This document shows, one piece after another, positions 49,801-61,049 of a stretch of 64,000 nucleotides of DNA. The DNA is taken from positions 154,628,001 to 154,692,000 of the forward strand of contig NC_086098.1 of assembly GCF_963921235.1 (NCBI RefSeq), in the 5' to 3' direction. Origin of the DNA: Mobula hypostoma. Taxonomy: Eukaryota. The stretch's first letter is position 1. Every line of letters starts with the position of its first letter. The notes beneath the pieces are model-generated. The model ran no database searches. It was not told the DNA's origin and was given only the letters and a program-made list of their open reading frames with translations. The translations under genes were made by a program, and so were the position numbers.

Positions 49801-51198
49801 AAGTAATCCGGGAAATTATAGGCTGGTGAGTTTAACGTCAGTAGTAGGTAAGTTATTGGAGGGAGTACTAAGAGACAGAATTTACAAGCATTTGGATAGA
49901 CAGGGGCTTATTAGGGAGAGTCAACATGGCTTTGTGCGTGGTAGGTCATGTTTGACCAATCTGTTGGAGTTTTTCAAGGAGGTTACCAGGAAAGTGGATG
50001 AAGGGAAGGCAGTGGATATTGTCTACATGGACTTCAGTAAGGCCTTTGACAAGGTCCCGCATGGGAGGTTAGTTAGGAAAATTCAGTCGCTAGGTATACA
50101 TGGAGAGGTGGTAAATTGGATTAGACATTGGCTCAATGGAAGAAGCCAGAGAGCGGTGGTAGAGAATTGCTTCTCTGAGTGGAGGCCTGTGACTAGTGGT
50201 GTGCCACAGGGATCAGTGCTGGGTCCATTGTTATTTGTCATCTATATCAATGATCTGGATGATAATGTGGTAAGTTGCATCAGCAAGTTTGCTGATGATA
50301 CAAAGATTGGAGGTGTAGTAGACAGTGAGGAAGGTTTTCAGAGCCTGCAGAAGGACTTGGACCAGCTGGGAAAATGGGCTGAAAAATGGCAGATGGAGTT
50401 TAATACTGACAAGTGTGAGGTATTGCACGTTGAAAGGACAAACCAACATAGAACATACAGGGTTAATGGTAAGGAACTGAGGAGTGCAGTGGAACAGAGG
50501 GATCTGGGAATACAGATACAAAATTCCCTAAAAGTGTCATCACAGGTAGATAGGGTCGTAAAGAGAGTTTTTGGTACATTGGCCTTTATTAATCGAAGTA
50601 TTGAGTATAAGAGCTGGAATGTTATGATGAGGTTGTATAAGGCATTGGATCTGGAGTATTGTTCAGTTTTGGTCACCAAATTACGGGAAGGATATAAATA
50701 AGGTTGAAAGAGTGCAGAGAAGGTTTACGAGGATGTTGCCAGGACTTGAAAAACTCAGTTACAGAGAAAGGTGGAATAGGTTAGGACTTTATTCGCTGGA
50801 GTGTAGAAGAATGAGGGGAGATTTGGTGGAGGTATATAAAATTATGATGGGTATAGATGGAGTGAATGCAAGCAGGCTTTTTCCACTGAGGCAAGGGGAG
50901 AAAAAAAACCAGAGGACATGGGTTAAGGGTGAGGGGGGAGAAGTTTAAAGGGAACATGGGGGGGGGGCTTCTTCACACAGAGTGGTGGGAGTATGGAATG
51001 AGCTGCCAGACGAGATAGTAAATGCGGGTTTTTTTTTTAACATTTAAGAATAAATTGGACAGATAAATGGATGGGAGGTGTATGGAGGGATATGGTCCGT
51101 GTGCAGGTCAGCGGGACTAGGCAGAAAATGGTTCGGCACAGCCAAGAAGGGCCAAAGGGCCTGTTTCTGTGCTGTAGTTTCTACAGTTCTATGGTTCT
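46891..51198 (+). mobile_element. Near full-length CR1 LINE (ORF1 zinc finger/leucine zipper + SGNH esterase; ORF2 APE + RT), frameshifted
   Basis: Duplicated 5' UTR unit. ORF1 CSSCRMW...CKKC...LEQEL and VIGDSIVRG/HIGTND/HLN esterase motifs. ORF2 YFNAR, ETWL, GSSDHN, PQGSVLGP, FADD. (TTCTATG)-type tail. AAGTG on both flanks. Confidence 0.92.
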
Positions 51199-51341
51199 AA
51201 GTGCTTTATTTGCATTCAAACAGCTTTTCTGAAAGAATTTACAAAAATGTCAGATTTTCCAAAACTCGATGTTGTGGATTGTCAAAAATCTTCAGGCTGT
51301 TCCAAAAGTGATACCCAATAATAAATGTGATGGGTGGATGC

Positions 51342-52145
51342 TGCAACTATTTGGGTTCGCTTGAACAAATGGACCCAGACTCGGTTATTCCTACGAGACT
51401 CACTTTATTGTTAAGAGAAAAGAAAGTAGAGAGTTTCGAGAAATGCTTTATATTGTACATTACCTACACCACTAATAGGTGGGGCTAACTTAAGCACCCC
51501 CTAGTAATCTACACCACTGAGTATACTTAGCAACGTCTGCGTGGTCCCTGAAGCAGGTGACTGACCGTGGACTGGCTAGGGTGGAGGTCCTTGGCGCTGG
51601 TTCAGCTGCTCAGTCTGCAGGTGGAACCCAGGTGAATGACCTACCCAAGAAAGAACTTTCTCGCTTTTATAGCACTATCGCCACCTCCCAGTCCAGCTGG
51701 AAGGGGCTAGGCATCCAATCCGACGCTTACACGACCCTAACTTGGGCCAATCCAAGTCCTGGCCACGTATTAAGCCAACATACATCCTCCGTACCTGCAA
51801 GAACCAAGGTCAGGTGACCTTTAACAACCCCGACCTTTACCCCCTCAGGGACAATGCATCCTATTAATCTTACAACCAAACAATGTGGGGGAAAAAAAAG
51901 CATTCTTTAGAGACAAGGTGATTCATTACTTTTACACAAATCAGCAGCTCTCAGGCATGTTATCCAGTAGACCAGAGTCACATGTTGTTCTCCCCTTACC
52001 TAGTATCAAGGGTCAATCTGCCCAACAACATAACAGGCCCATAAATTCCTAATTGTTAACCATTTCCCTGCCATGCCAATTTTCATACCTACACATCTCA
52101 CCCATACACTACACACAGGTATCAGTTGCTAATTTGATCGTTACA
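51342..52145 (-). mobile_element. Possible ERV-like solo LTR
   Basis: On minus: TGTAAC start, two ATTGG boxes (plus 51747 and 51715), TATAAAA (plus 51665-51671), AATAAA (plus 51404-51409), ends TGCA. No convincing TSD. Confidence 0.45.
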
Positions 52146-52289
52146 TTCATTAATTTGATCTTTGCAATACTCGATTAAAACTTCATAGCTACTTATTAAA
52201 GTAGTAACGGCAAAAATGTCTTGACTTGGTTTAATGACTCAAAATCACATTGTGTGACATTAGCTAAATCGTCTAGCTTTTCTTTTTGT

Positions 52290-53150
52290 TTTAACCGACT
52301 ACTTGTTGAACATTGTATACACTGTTCGTAGTGGTGCTTCTATTTCCCGCATACTCTTTCCCCTACATTGTCTAAGTTGCTCATCCAGATGCTTTATTTC
52401 TCTTCGAAGAAATGCTGCCATGCCATTGTTCTTCCCAGTCATAACAATTGCCCTGTCTGAGGTAAACATTTTGACTATCAAGATTGTTGCTGATATAAAA
52501 TGTGTTTACTGTTTCAACAATAGTGATAATGCCACATGGGGTTAGTTTCAAAATACCAACCAACACAGTTTTAGAGAAGTTTCACTTTCGGTCGAAACTT
52601 AAAATACAAGACTAACATTTTTTATGTACAGAAAGGTCTGTCCTTTCACCAGCAGTTACTGTACGGAAAGCAGACAACTGCAATTCTTCCACTATCTGTT
52701 TTTGAAGCACAAAGCTGATGCACACAACAAATACAAACGCATAATTCTTCCTGCCAATTACTTTCTCTGAATGCATTGAAACATTAATTTTAATTGCTAA
52801 GAAAATGTTATCAATTACTGCTGACGATATCAGAATTTGATTTCTTCATGCATTTTGCTTCATGCTCTTTTGGAGTTTCAGTTAACAAGTGCAAAATTTC
52901 ACATTTCATCGGGTTGCATAACTTGGTAACTGCATCTACGTGAACCCTCTGGTTAAGATGTAATTTAATGTAATTTAACTTCCATAATTCCCATTTTTGC
53001 ACTACTGAAATAGTCTCCATCTTTCGCTTCTGCACAAATGGTGCGTCCATCTCCAGTGTCTTGACATGTAAATATAGTGACATTTTTTTTTCATGAAGCC
53101 GGTAGTTCAGCACCTATGAGTTGCCAAAACCATTCTACCTTAAATTTTGT
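52290..53150 (-). pseudogene. Decayed hAT-family transposase fragment
   Basis: FTSDRAIVMTGKNNGMAAFLRREI...LRTVY resembles the hAT D-G-A-x-x-M-x-G region. Upstream HLNQRVHVDA resembles a TTF-type zinc finger remnant. Confidence 0.65.
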
Positions 53151-53329
53151 ACAAGCTCTGCTCTTCAAAACAGTGAACTCTTCCTGTGCTTTAATTTTTC
53201 GATATCCTTTGGATACTAAAAACGATAATAATTATTAAATGAGAATACTAAAACATTATCATTATTACTATTATTTGAAAAAAATTACAAGGTAAGTTGA
53301 AAATTATAATTTTATAAATTATAACCTGC

Positions 53330-53990
53330 TGTGCAGGTTAACTCTCTGGTTAAGAAAGCATACGATGCATTGCCCTTCATCATACGTGGGACTGAGTTTA
53401 AAGCTGAGAAGTAATGTACAGCTATATAGGACCCGGGTCAAACCCCACTTGGAGTACTGTGCTCAGTTCTGGTCACCTCACTAGAGGAAGGATGTGGAAA
53501 CTACAGAAAGGGTGCAGCGGAGATTTACACGGATGTTGCCTGGATTGGGGAGCATGCCTTTTTAGAATAGGTTAAGTGAACTCGGCCTTTTCTCCTTGCA
53601 GCGGCAGAGGATGAGAGGTGAACTGATAGAGGGGTATAAGATGATGAGAGGCATTGATCGTGTGGATATTCAGAGGCTTTTTTCCCAGAGCTGAAATGGC
53701 TATCATGAGAGGGCATGGTTTTAAGGTGCTTGGAAGTAGGTACAGAGGAGATGTCAGGGGTAAGTTTTTTTACGCAGAGAGTGGTGAGTGTGTGGAATGG
53801 GCTGCCGGTGACGGTGGTGGACGCGGATACGTTAGGGTCTTTTAAGAGTCTTTTGGATAGGTACATGGAGCTTAGAAAAACAGTGGGCTATGGGTACCCC
53901 TAGTAATTTCTAAAGTAAGTACATTTTCGGCACAGCATTGTGGGCCGAATGGCCTGTATTGTGCTGTAAATTTTCTATGTTTCTATGTTT
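53330..53990 (+). mobile_element. CR1 3' fragment
   Basis: RT C-terminal remnant, FFTQRVVSVWN motif and (TTCTATGT)n tail. Confidence 0.8.
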
Positions 53991-54559
53991 AATAAACTAA
54001 TCAGTTATGCAACTGTTCTATAGAAACGAATCTTTCTTGTTCTAATATTTCAATTTAAATTATTCTTATTAGATTGTGATTTCTTTTTTGAAGGATCACT
54101 TACCAAAAAAGTCAGAATAAGAATTTTTCACATAAAAAAAATCTTAATCACAACCCACAACACAAGTAAACAATTTTAGGCAGTCAAAACAACAGACAGG
54201 CACAATGATAAAAGTTAAGTGTTTTGACTAGATGGTAACAATCAGCTACTGACTTCCATTCTGTATTTATTGTTACAATTTGTAAGTGTTATAACTTGAA
54301 ACACTAAATGTAATTTAAGCTGTAAGATGTAAAGGTTGTGCTATGCTTATTATTTAGAAAATTATAGATTATGTTCATTAACACAATCAATTACAGAGTG
54401 TTTCAAAGGTTCAAGGGTTCATTTTATTATCGAAGTATTGTATGCAAAATACAACTCTGAAATTTGTCTCTTTTCTAGATAGCCATAGAATACAGAAAAC
54501 CATGTAAGTAGTTGAAAGAAAGACATCAATCCACACCCACCCACTCACCGCCCCGCTCA

Positions 54560-55420
54560 TTGTGGCCAAAATGTTCTATTCAAAAGATTCAAAGGAACAT
54601 CTAAACAAGCCTGATGCATTTTGGAAACAAGTCCTGTGGACTGATGCAGTTAAAATAGAACTTTTTGGCCACAATGAGCAAAGGTATGTTTGGAGAAAAA
54701 AGGGTGCAGAATTTCATGAAAAAAACCCTCTCCAACTGTTAAGCATGGGTGGATCGATCATGCTTTGGGCTTGTGTTGCAGCCAGTGGCACGGGGAACAT
54801 TTACTGGTACAGGGAAGAATAAATTCAATTAAATACCAGCAAATTCTGGAAGCAAACATCACACTGACTGTAAAAAAAGCTGAAGATGAAAAGAGGATGG
54901 CTCTACAACAGGATAATGAACCTAAACACACCTCAAAATCCACAATGGACTACCTCAAGAGGCGCAAGCTGAAGATTTTGCTTTGGCCCTCATAGTCCCC
55001 TGACCTAAACATCATCGAAAATCTGTGGATAGACCTCAAAAGAGCAGTGCATGCAAGACGGCCCAAGAAACTTACAGAACTAGAAGTCTTTTGCAAGGAA
55101 GAATGGGAGAAAATCCCCCAAACAAGAATTGAAAGACTCTTAGCTGGCTACAAAAAGTGTTTACAAGCTGTGATACTTGCCAAAGGGGGTGTTACTAAGT
55201 ACTGCCATGCAGGGTGCCCAAACTTTTGCTTCTGGCCCTTTTCCTTTTTTGTTACTTTGAAACTGTAAAAGATGGAAATAAGAAAGTTTTCTTGCTTAAA
55301 ATATTAAAGAAATGTGTCATCTTTAACTTTATTCCATTTGGAAATCATTTCATCTTTTACTCAGCTATTCACAGTAACAGAAATTTTGACCAGGGGTGCC
55401 CAAACTTTTTCATGGCACGG
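54560..55420 (+). mobile_element. 5'-truncated Tc1 (DD34E, IR-DR type) transposon
   Basis: WTDAVKIELFG, QQDNEPKH and SPDLNIIENLW with 34 residues between D and E (one internal stop). Direct repeat CAGGG(G)TGCCCAAACTTTT at ~55210 and ~55391. Ends CACGG|TA. Confidence 0.88.
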
Positions 55421-55749
55421 TAGTTTATACTACAGTCCAATCCATAACTCTCAGAATTTCGATAACACATCCGAGAGTATCGCGACCCAGCGGCCTCTCC
55501 GACGGCAAGGACACGAAACGCTCGCTCTCCTCCACATTTGCTTCGTTGTTTCAATCTACATCGACACCTTAATCAGCGAGGAATGTAACCGACCATGGCC
55601 CCTCGACTCGTCTCTGAGCTTTTCCTCGGGGTAGCTCGTGCTCACATTTTACAAATACTGTATACTAACAGAGATTTCAAGATTATATTAGCATAATTTT
55701 AAATTATATTAACATTTAATAAAAGAACATTTCAGCTATGCAGCAACAA

Positions 55750-55956
55750 AGGCTACGTGCACAGGAGCATTTCAGCTACTGCGTGGCCGCACACCCACAT
55801 AACTCAGAGGGGTCAGAGCGTGGACTCATCGAGGAATCAGATGCATTTAACCATTACCAACGTACAATGGGAAGACGCCGCTGATTTTTGCAGTGGTATG
55901 TGGGGCAATAGTAGATTTAGCTTCAGAAAAGAAACTAAGTTCTACCTGTACGGAAG
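55750..55956 (+). pseudogene. Decayed germline-joined Ig light-chain VJ relic (FR3-CDR3-J; 5' part deleted or degenerate)
   Basis: SVDSSRNQMHLTITNVQWEDAADFC matches the recalled shark type II FR3 (SVDSSSNKMHLTITNVQSEDAADYYC). It is followed in frame, with no RSS, by SGMWGNSRFS-FRKETKFYLYG (degenerate FGKGTKL) and a donor-like AG|GTAT. Confidence 0.72.
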
Positions 55957-57059
55957 GTATTTATGGAGTGAAATCTGCCATTTATCGACTCTTTTAGAAA
56001 AAGACAATACCTAGTTTTTTTACATCCAGTTACCAAGTGTTCGTTAATATTTCCCTTAATCTTTATAACTTCCCGGGTGAAAAGGTAACTAATTCTTTAA
56101 GTACTAACAAAGATTAATTTGAGTGAAAAAATCTCTTCTATAAACCATATTTATAAAGTAATTAGTGATTTGTTTCATGCGATTTTAAAAGATACTCGAA
56201 AGCAACGTGTTCCTAAGGTAAGTAAAGGAGATAAAGCTTCGAAGGAAGCTGCACGACAAATTTTTAAGAGATAATCATGAGAAAAGGTCTGGGCCAAAGG
56301 TACTATTCCATCAAGCTGGAAATTGGCAGAGGGATGCTTTATTCCAAAGGGAGATCAAAAAACCTTTCTATCACCACACGATGCGTTAATTGGATGGATA
56401 CCGTTCTAACAACGCTTACGAAGAATGACGGCATTCAAGTAATTTTTTAAAAATTTATTGGAACAACTGTTCCACCATAAACATTCACTCCGTCTACCAC
56501 TAGGACAGAAATACGTTCCAACTGCACAAAAGTATGTGTGCAATTGTTTGAGAATGCTTTCATATTTGATTCCCCGGCAAGTCAGAGCACTGTCACAATA
56601 TGAACAAGCGCAGACTCAAGGAACAACGCTTATCTCGAGAATATAAAGTGCTTTAACGTTAGAATAAAGAACACTATAAGTATTTGTGTCTGCAAACTCA
56701 GGCTTGTTGGATAAGTTACATAATACATATTGGCTACACCAGATTCTGACAGCTCAGAGTTAATCCTGTGAAATAAGCGCAGGTCCTGCCACTTATCTTC
56801 ATTATCTTCACTCCATCAGGGAATTTCTCCTGGTTTCACGTACATTTCGCGGCTCATTCTGATGACGCTGACTGTTTCTCCTACTACATGTTTAATTTTT
56901 TCTAGCATTTTTAATTATCTGCTCTTTATTTCATCTTGACTCCGTTTTTCTTATCTGTCTGTACTCTTAAGAGTACCCACCACCTTACTCTTTGTTTATT
57001 GTTAATGGGATACATTGTTTATTGATATTGTGTATTGAAAGCGGAATAGGCCCTTCCGG

Positions 57060-57570
57060 CAACACACAGCAAAGTTGCTGGTGAACGCAGCAGGCCAGGC
57101 AGCATCTGTAGGAAGAGGCACAGTCGATGTTTCGGGCTGAGACCCTTCGTCAGGACTAACTGAAAGAAGAGCTAGTAAGAGATTTGAAAGTGGGAGGGGG
57201 AGGGGGAGATCCAAAATGATAGGAGAAGACAGGAGGGGGAGGGATGGAGCCAAGAGCTGGACAGGTGATTGGCAAAAGGGATATGAGAGGATCATGGGAC
57301 AGGAGGCCTAGGGAGAAAGACAAGGGGGAGGGGGGGTAAAACCCAGAGGATGGGTAAGGTATATAGTGAGAGGGACAGAGGGAGAAAAAGGAGAGAGAGA
57401 GAAAGAATGTGTGTATATAAATAAATAACGGATGGGGTACGAGGGGGAGGTGGGGCATTAGCGGAAGTTTGAGAAGTCAATGTTCATGCCATCAGGTTGG
57501 AGGCTACCCAGACGGAATATAAGGTGTTGTTCCTCCAACCTGCGTGTGGCTTCATCTTTACAGTCGAGGA
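57060..57570 (-). mobile_element. Penelope-like element 3' end with hammerhead motif (57121-57157)
   Basis: Reverse-complement homolog of 44836-45395. Core reads AGTC-CTGACGA-A-GGGT(CTCA)GCCC-GAAA-C-ATC-GACT. Confidence 0.75.
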
Positions 57571-57599
57571 GGCCGTGGGTAGACATACCAGAATGGGAA

Positions 57600-57898
57600 T
57601 AGGACGTGGAATTAAAATGTGTGGACATATCAGAATGGGAATCAGAATGGGCCCTTCCGGGCCTTTAGCCGCGCTGCCCAGCAATCCTCCGATTTGATCC
57701 TAAACTACCCACGAAACAATTTACAACGTCCAGTTAACCCTACCAATCAACCTACCAACCAGTACGTCTTTGGACTGTGCGGTGAAACTTGAGTACCCAG
57801 AGGAACCCGGTCATGGGGTGAACGTACAAGCTCATTACAGGCAGCGGCGGGAATTGAACCCGTGTCACCTGCACTAACCATTACGCTACAGTGCCGCC
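57600..57898 (-). mobile_element. tRNA-derived V-SINE (HE1-like)
   Basis: A box TAGCGTAATGG, B box GGTTCAATTCC, and a V-domain-like TTGTACGTTCACCCC...CACAGTCCAAAGACGT segment. Confidence 0.8.
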
Positions 57899-58022
57899 CC
57901 TACTATCAAAATCCCATTTCACCGGATAGGAGAAGGTGTTGTGGTAGATATAACTGCTAAAAGAGGAATATTTATGGGTTATCATTATATAAATGATCAG
58001 TCACATGCCGCTTACTTCATAT

Positions 58023-58630
58023 TCACATAGCGTTCTCTTTCCTTGTTATGGAGAAAGGAAAGGAGGCATAACTTAAATGGATTAACTGAGAGAATGTAAG
58101 AATGGCGATCGCAAGGGAAAGCATGACATCAGAAAATGAATGACTGTGGTGATTGGAAATGTGAGGATGAGAGGTATGTATAGGGAAAGATATACACACA
58201 ATGGGATCTGCTGTGAGGAGTGATAGTCCAATGTAGATTTTAAAAAACACACTAAGCGTGTTGCAGTAATAGATACTTCGATGTAGATATAGGTATTATT
58301 ATGATGAGGTCAGATAACTGCGCATTATGATGAAGGTGTTAGATCAAGTCGTTACTTGAGGGCTTCATCTTCCCTTTACAGGTCGTGCCCTGGTAACGAA
58401 CAGGTTTCGTTTTTACAGATTCCTGTTAGTCGATTTTGCCTGTAAATTGCAAAATACATACAAAAAAATCCATTCGATACGTTAGCATACCTCCAGGTAT
58501 TGTAAAGAATGGCCTTGAAACACATAAGACTGATAAGAAAGAGCTATTGGAGAGAGAGCAGACTAGTTCTGCTGTTCGTCTGGATGAGTGTATGTATACG
58601 TCAGAACTTTGTGTTACATTAATGCAGCCC
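58023..58630 (-). pseudogene. Possible decayed V-set Ig-superfamily gene (V + J-like strand + hydrophobic segment)
   Basis: NVTQSSDVY...TAELVCSLS...SVL, then W-F-Q after a 1-nt shift, RYQG, HNAQLSD, and SIYYC in frame with NTLSVFFKIYIGLSLLTAD...VMLSLAIAILTF. Needs several frameshifts; W-to-C spacing is long. Confidence 0.42.
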
Positions 58631-60334
58631 ATTCTTATGTCGGAGTTCTTAACCCGGGTGCGAGGAAATAACTCGTCCCAGGAAATATTATGTCCCAGTG
58701 ATTGACTATGGCTCCGGGCACAACTGTAAAGACAGTATCGCCGAATCAACTAACCTACCTTCTTTCTTCTCCGGCCAGGAATAAGGAGAGTACAATTACG
58801 CTGGATTCTGAGTTGATTTGAACCAAGTGTTTTGAGTTAGTTGCAGAATCTTTACATTTGGTAAGTGGGTTTAATACGGAAGCTGGAGTCAAAGAAAAAA
58901 AGTGACGAATAACCGCCGATACGAGTCGCATTGAAAGAGATTTTCCTTCTCTAGCCAGCAGAAACGCTGTAGAGCGGTTTTCATTAAAATGGAGAGCGAA
59001 TCTCCCAATTAACTAACAAACGGGGCAAGATTATATTAGTTTAAAAAATGAACGAAAAAAATTGAATTTCTAAGACATTTCTAAATTTCTGAAAGGAAAA
59101 AGAAATAGTGACGACGGTGTCCCTATCCCGCTATACCCAGAGCGATTCAACATAACTTAATAGGAATGACTTTGTAAGGTGTACAGGAACATGAAAAGTC
59201 TGCCCCACTGCAAATTTAGTCGCCATCATTGCCAGAATTATTGATTTTAGCTAGAAGGACACAGGCCGACTTCCTCTAATATACAGTGTAAGAAATAAAA
59301 GCGGATCATGACGAATGGGGTTGATTTGTATAATGTTCAGTTTCCTGGTACTCACCTTCATGGTAAATCAATAAAATAAACCACGTTAATCAAATTCCTC
59401 AGACTACAATTACAATATTTCCATAGTAAACGATACAGTTATTACAAAATGATGTACAATTTCATCTTTAAGTACAAAATCAAAATAATGCAGATGTTGG
59501 ATAGCTGAACTAAAACAAAGGTTACAAACACTCTATGGGTCGGGTAACATCTGAAGGGCGAAAAAGAGATAATCGGTCAAGTCGATGACTTCAATCAAAC
59601 TTCGGCTACTCTCCATAGATATTTCCAGGCCTACTGAGAATTTCCAGCATTTTCTTCTTACATCGTGATTTCAGTATTGTGATTGAGTTAAACACAGAAA
59701 AAAAAGTTGTTGTCCAAGATTATAGTGTGCATTTCGATAGATAAACTTCAATCTCCAGAATTAAAATAACCTTAAGAAATATCAGTATTAAATCTGCTTT
59801 GATACAAAATGTTATTTAACATTGCTTTAGTAGTTTTGTCAATGACATTCGTTCCCGCAATGGAGCGTTGCTTGGAGAGTCATCGACATTTCTTTCTTTT
59901 GCAGACGGACCATTTGTAATTACAAGACTGTATCTTCATGCACTTTGTATCAATCGTCCCAACTTCTACTCAACCCCTCCTTAACCATCGAGTTATTGAA
60001 AGCAAATAATCCTAAATAATTTGTGATAATTACATAATTTCACAGGGAAACATTTGTCAACATCAATCAGTAAAAATTTTCAATGATAACACCAGAGAGT
60101 GCCACAATTCCAGGCTCCAATATCTATGGTGACATATGTTTAAAATTTCCGCAAGCGTTTCTTGGAAAGACATTGTAGAATAGCAACGCGGTATCTCAGC
60201 ATCACCGGAATAAAACAGGAGACTACTTTTTTTTCCGTGGCACTTTCAAGAACACAGATAGGGAACATGCGGGAGTTCCAACAAATGAGTGGGTATCAGA
60301 TAAATGGTCAATGCTAGCCCGAATGGACAGGATT

Positions 60335-60889
60335 TTATTTTGTCGATCGAATAGCTTCTTCCGAAACAGTCTCAAATCTCCTCAGATATATTATAACAAA
60401 TATCAGGAGAATGGCCTGGATGCCGATGAAGATGAACAATGCGATCTGACATATCAGAACAGCGTCACAGTACCAGTCATTGCAGGCGGAGATGACTTCA
60501 TCCTCGGTTAGATACAATATCCGCCTGTTCTGAAGCTCAGTGGGCGAGGAACACGTTAAATGCTTATACTGAGAACGATCTTCTTGTTTAAGAAGCCAAG
60601 ATCTCAGGTATAAAATATCACAATCGCATGCCCATGGGTTATTGTCCAACGACACAGACCGGAGGTGATGCAGAGAGTCGAAGAGGCCGTTGGGGATGGC
60701 GGAGAGCTTGTTGTTGCTCAGTTTAATTTCGGTGATGGTGCCCATAAAGCGCTTGGGGACCGTGCTGATGTCCAGTTCCTGGCCGCTGCAGTCCACAAAT
60801 GTCCCGGAGCAGCTGCAAGTTTCCGGGCACTGGAAAACCGCCACACGAAGCATGGAAAGAAATACAAGGAACGTTTCTTGCCACCTCAT
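60335..60889 (-). CDS. GP1BB: Glycoprotein Ib beta subunit (LRRNT-LRR-LRRCT-TM)
   Basis: Acceptor ctcctcag|G at 60899/60898 and ATG at 60889. Signal peptide, CPETCSCSGTFVDC, NPWACDC..YLRSWL, Y..L.C.SP..L..R..YLTEDE..AC..C, TM QIALF..., juxtamembrane LRRF. The pattern follows GP1BB (CSCAGTLVDC, YLAEDELRAAC, QLAL, LRRL) rather than GP9. Confidence 0.9.
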   Translation of the reverse strand: MRWQETFLVFLSMLRVAVFQCPETCSCSGTFVDCSGQELDISTVPKRFMGTITEIKLSNNKLSAIPNGLFDSLHHLRSVSLDNNPWACDCDILYLRSWLLKQEDRSQYKHLTCSSPTELQNRRILYLTEDEVISACNDWYCDAVLICQIALFIFIGIQAILLIFVIIYLRRFETVSEEAIRSTK

Positions 60890-61049
60890 CGTAATAACCT
60901 GAGGAGGGAGAAACGGAATATAAGTTGTCCTAGAAATTAAGCAAGGATAGATAGAGTTGCTGTTGGTGAGAAGTGCCCGCATCAGGACCCGGTAGAATCA
61001 CGCATGTGGGAATACACGGGACTGCAGATGTTTAAATCTGGAGCAATTT

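Noticed and set aside
57870-57898. tRNA-like A/B boxes
   Set aside because: Head of a V-SINE, lacking a complete cloverleaf.
60335-60889. GP9 as the identity of the LRR gene
   Set aside because: The LRRCT-to-TM spacing and motifs (YLTEDE..AC..C, QIAL, LRR) follow GP1BB.
60890-60982. 31-aa N-terminal extension of the GP1BB ORF
   Set aside because: Lies upstream of a strong acceptor and the signal-peptide ATG at 60889; probably intron.
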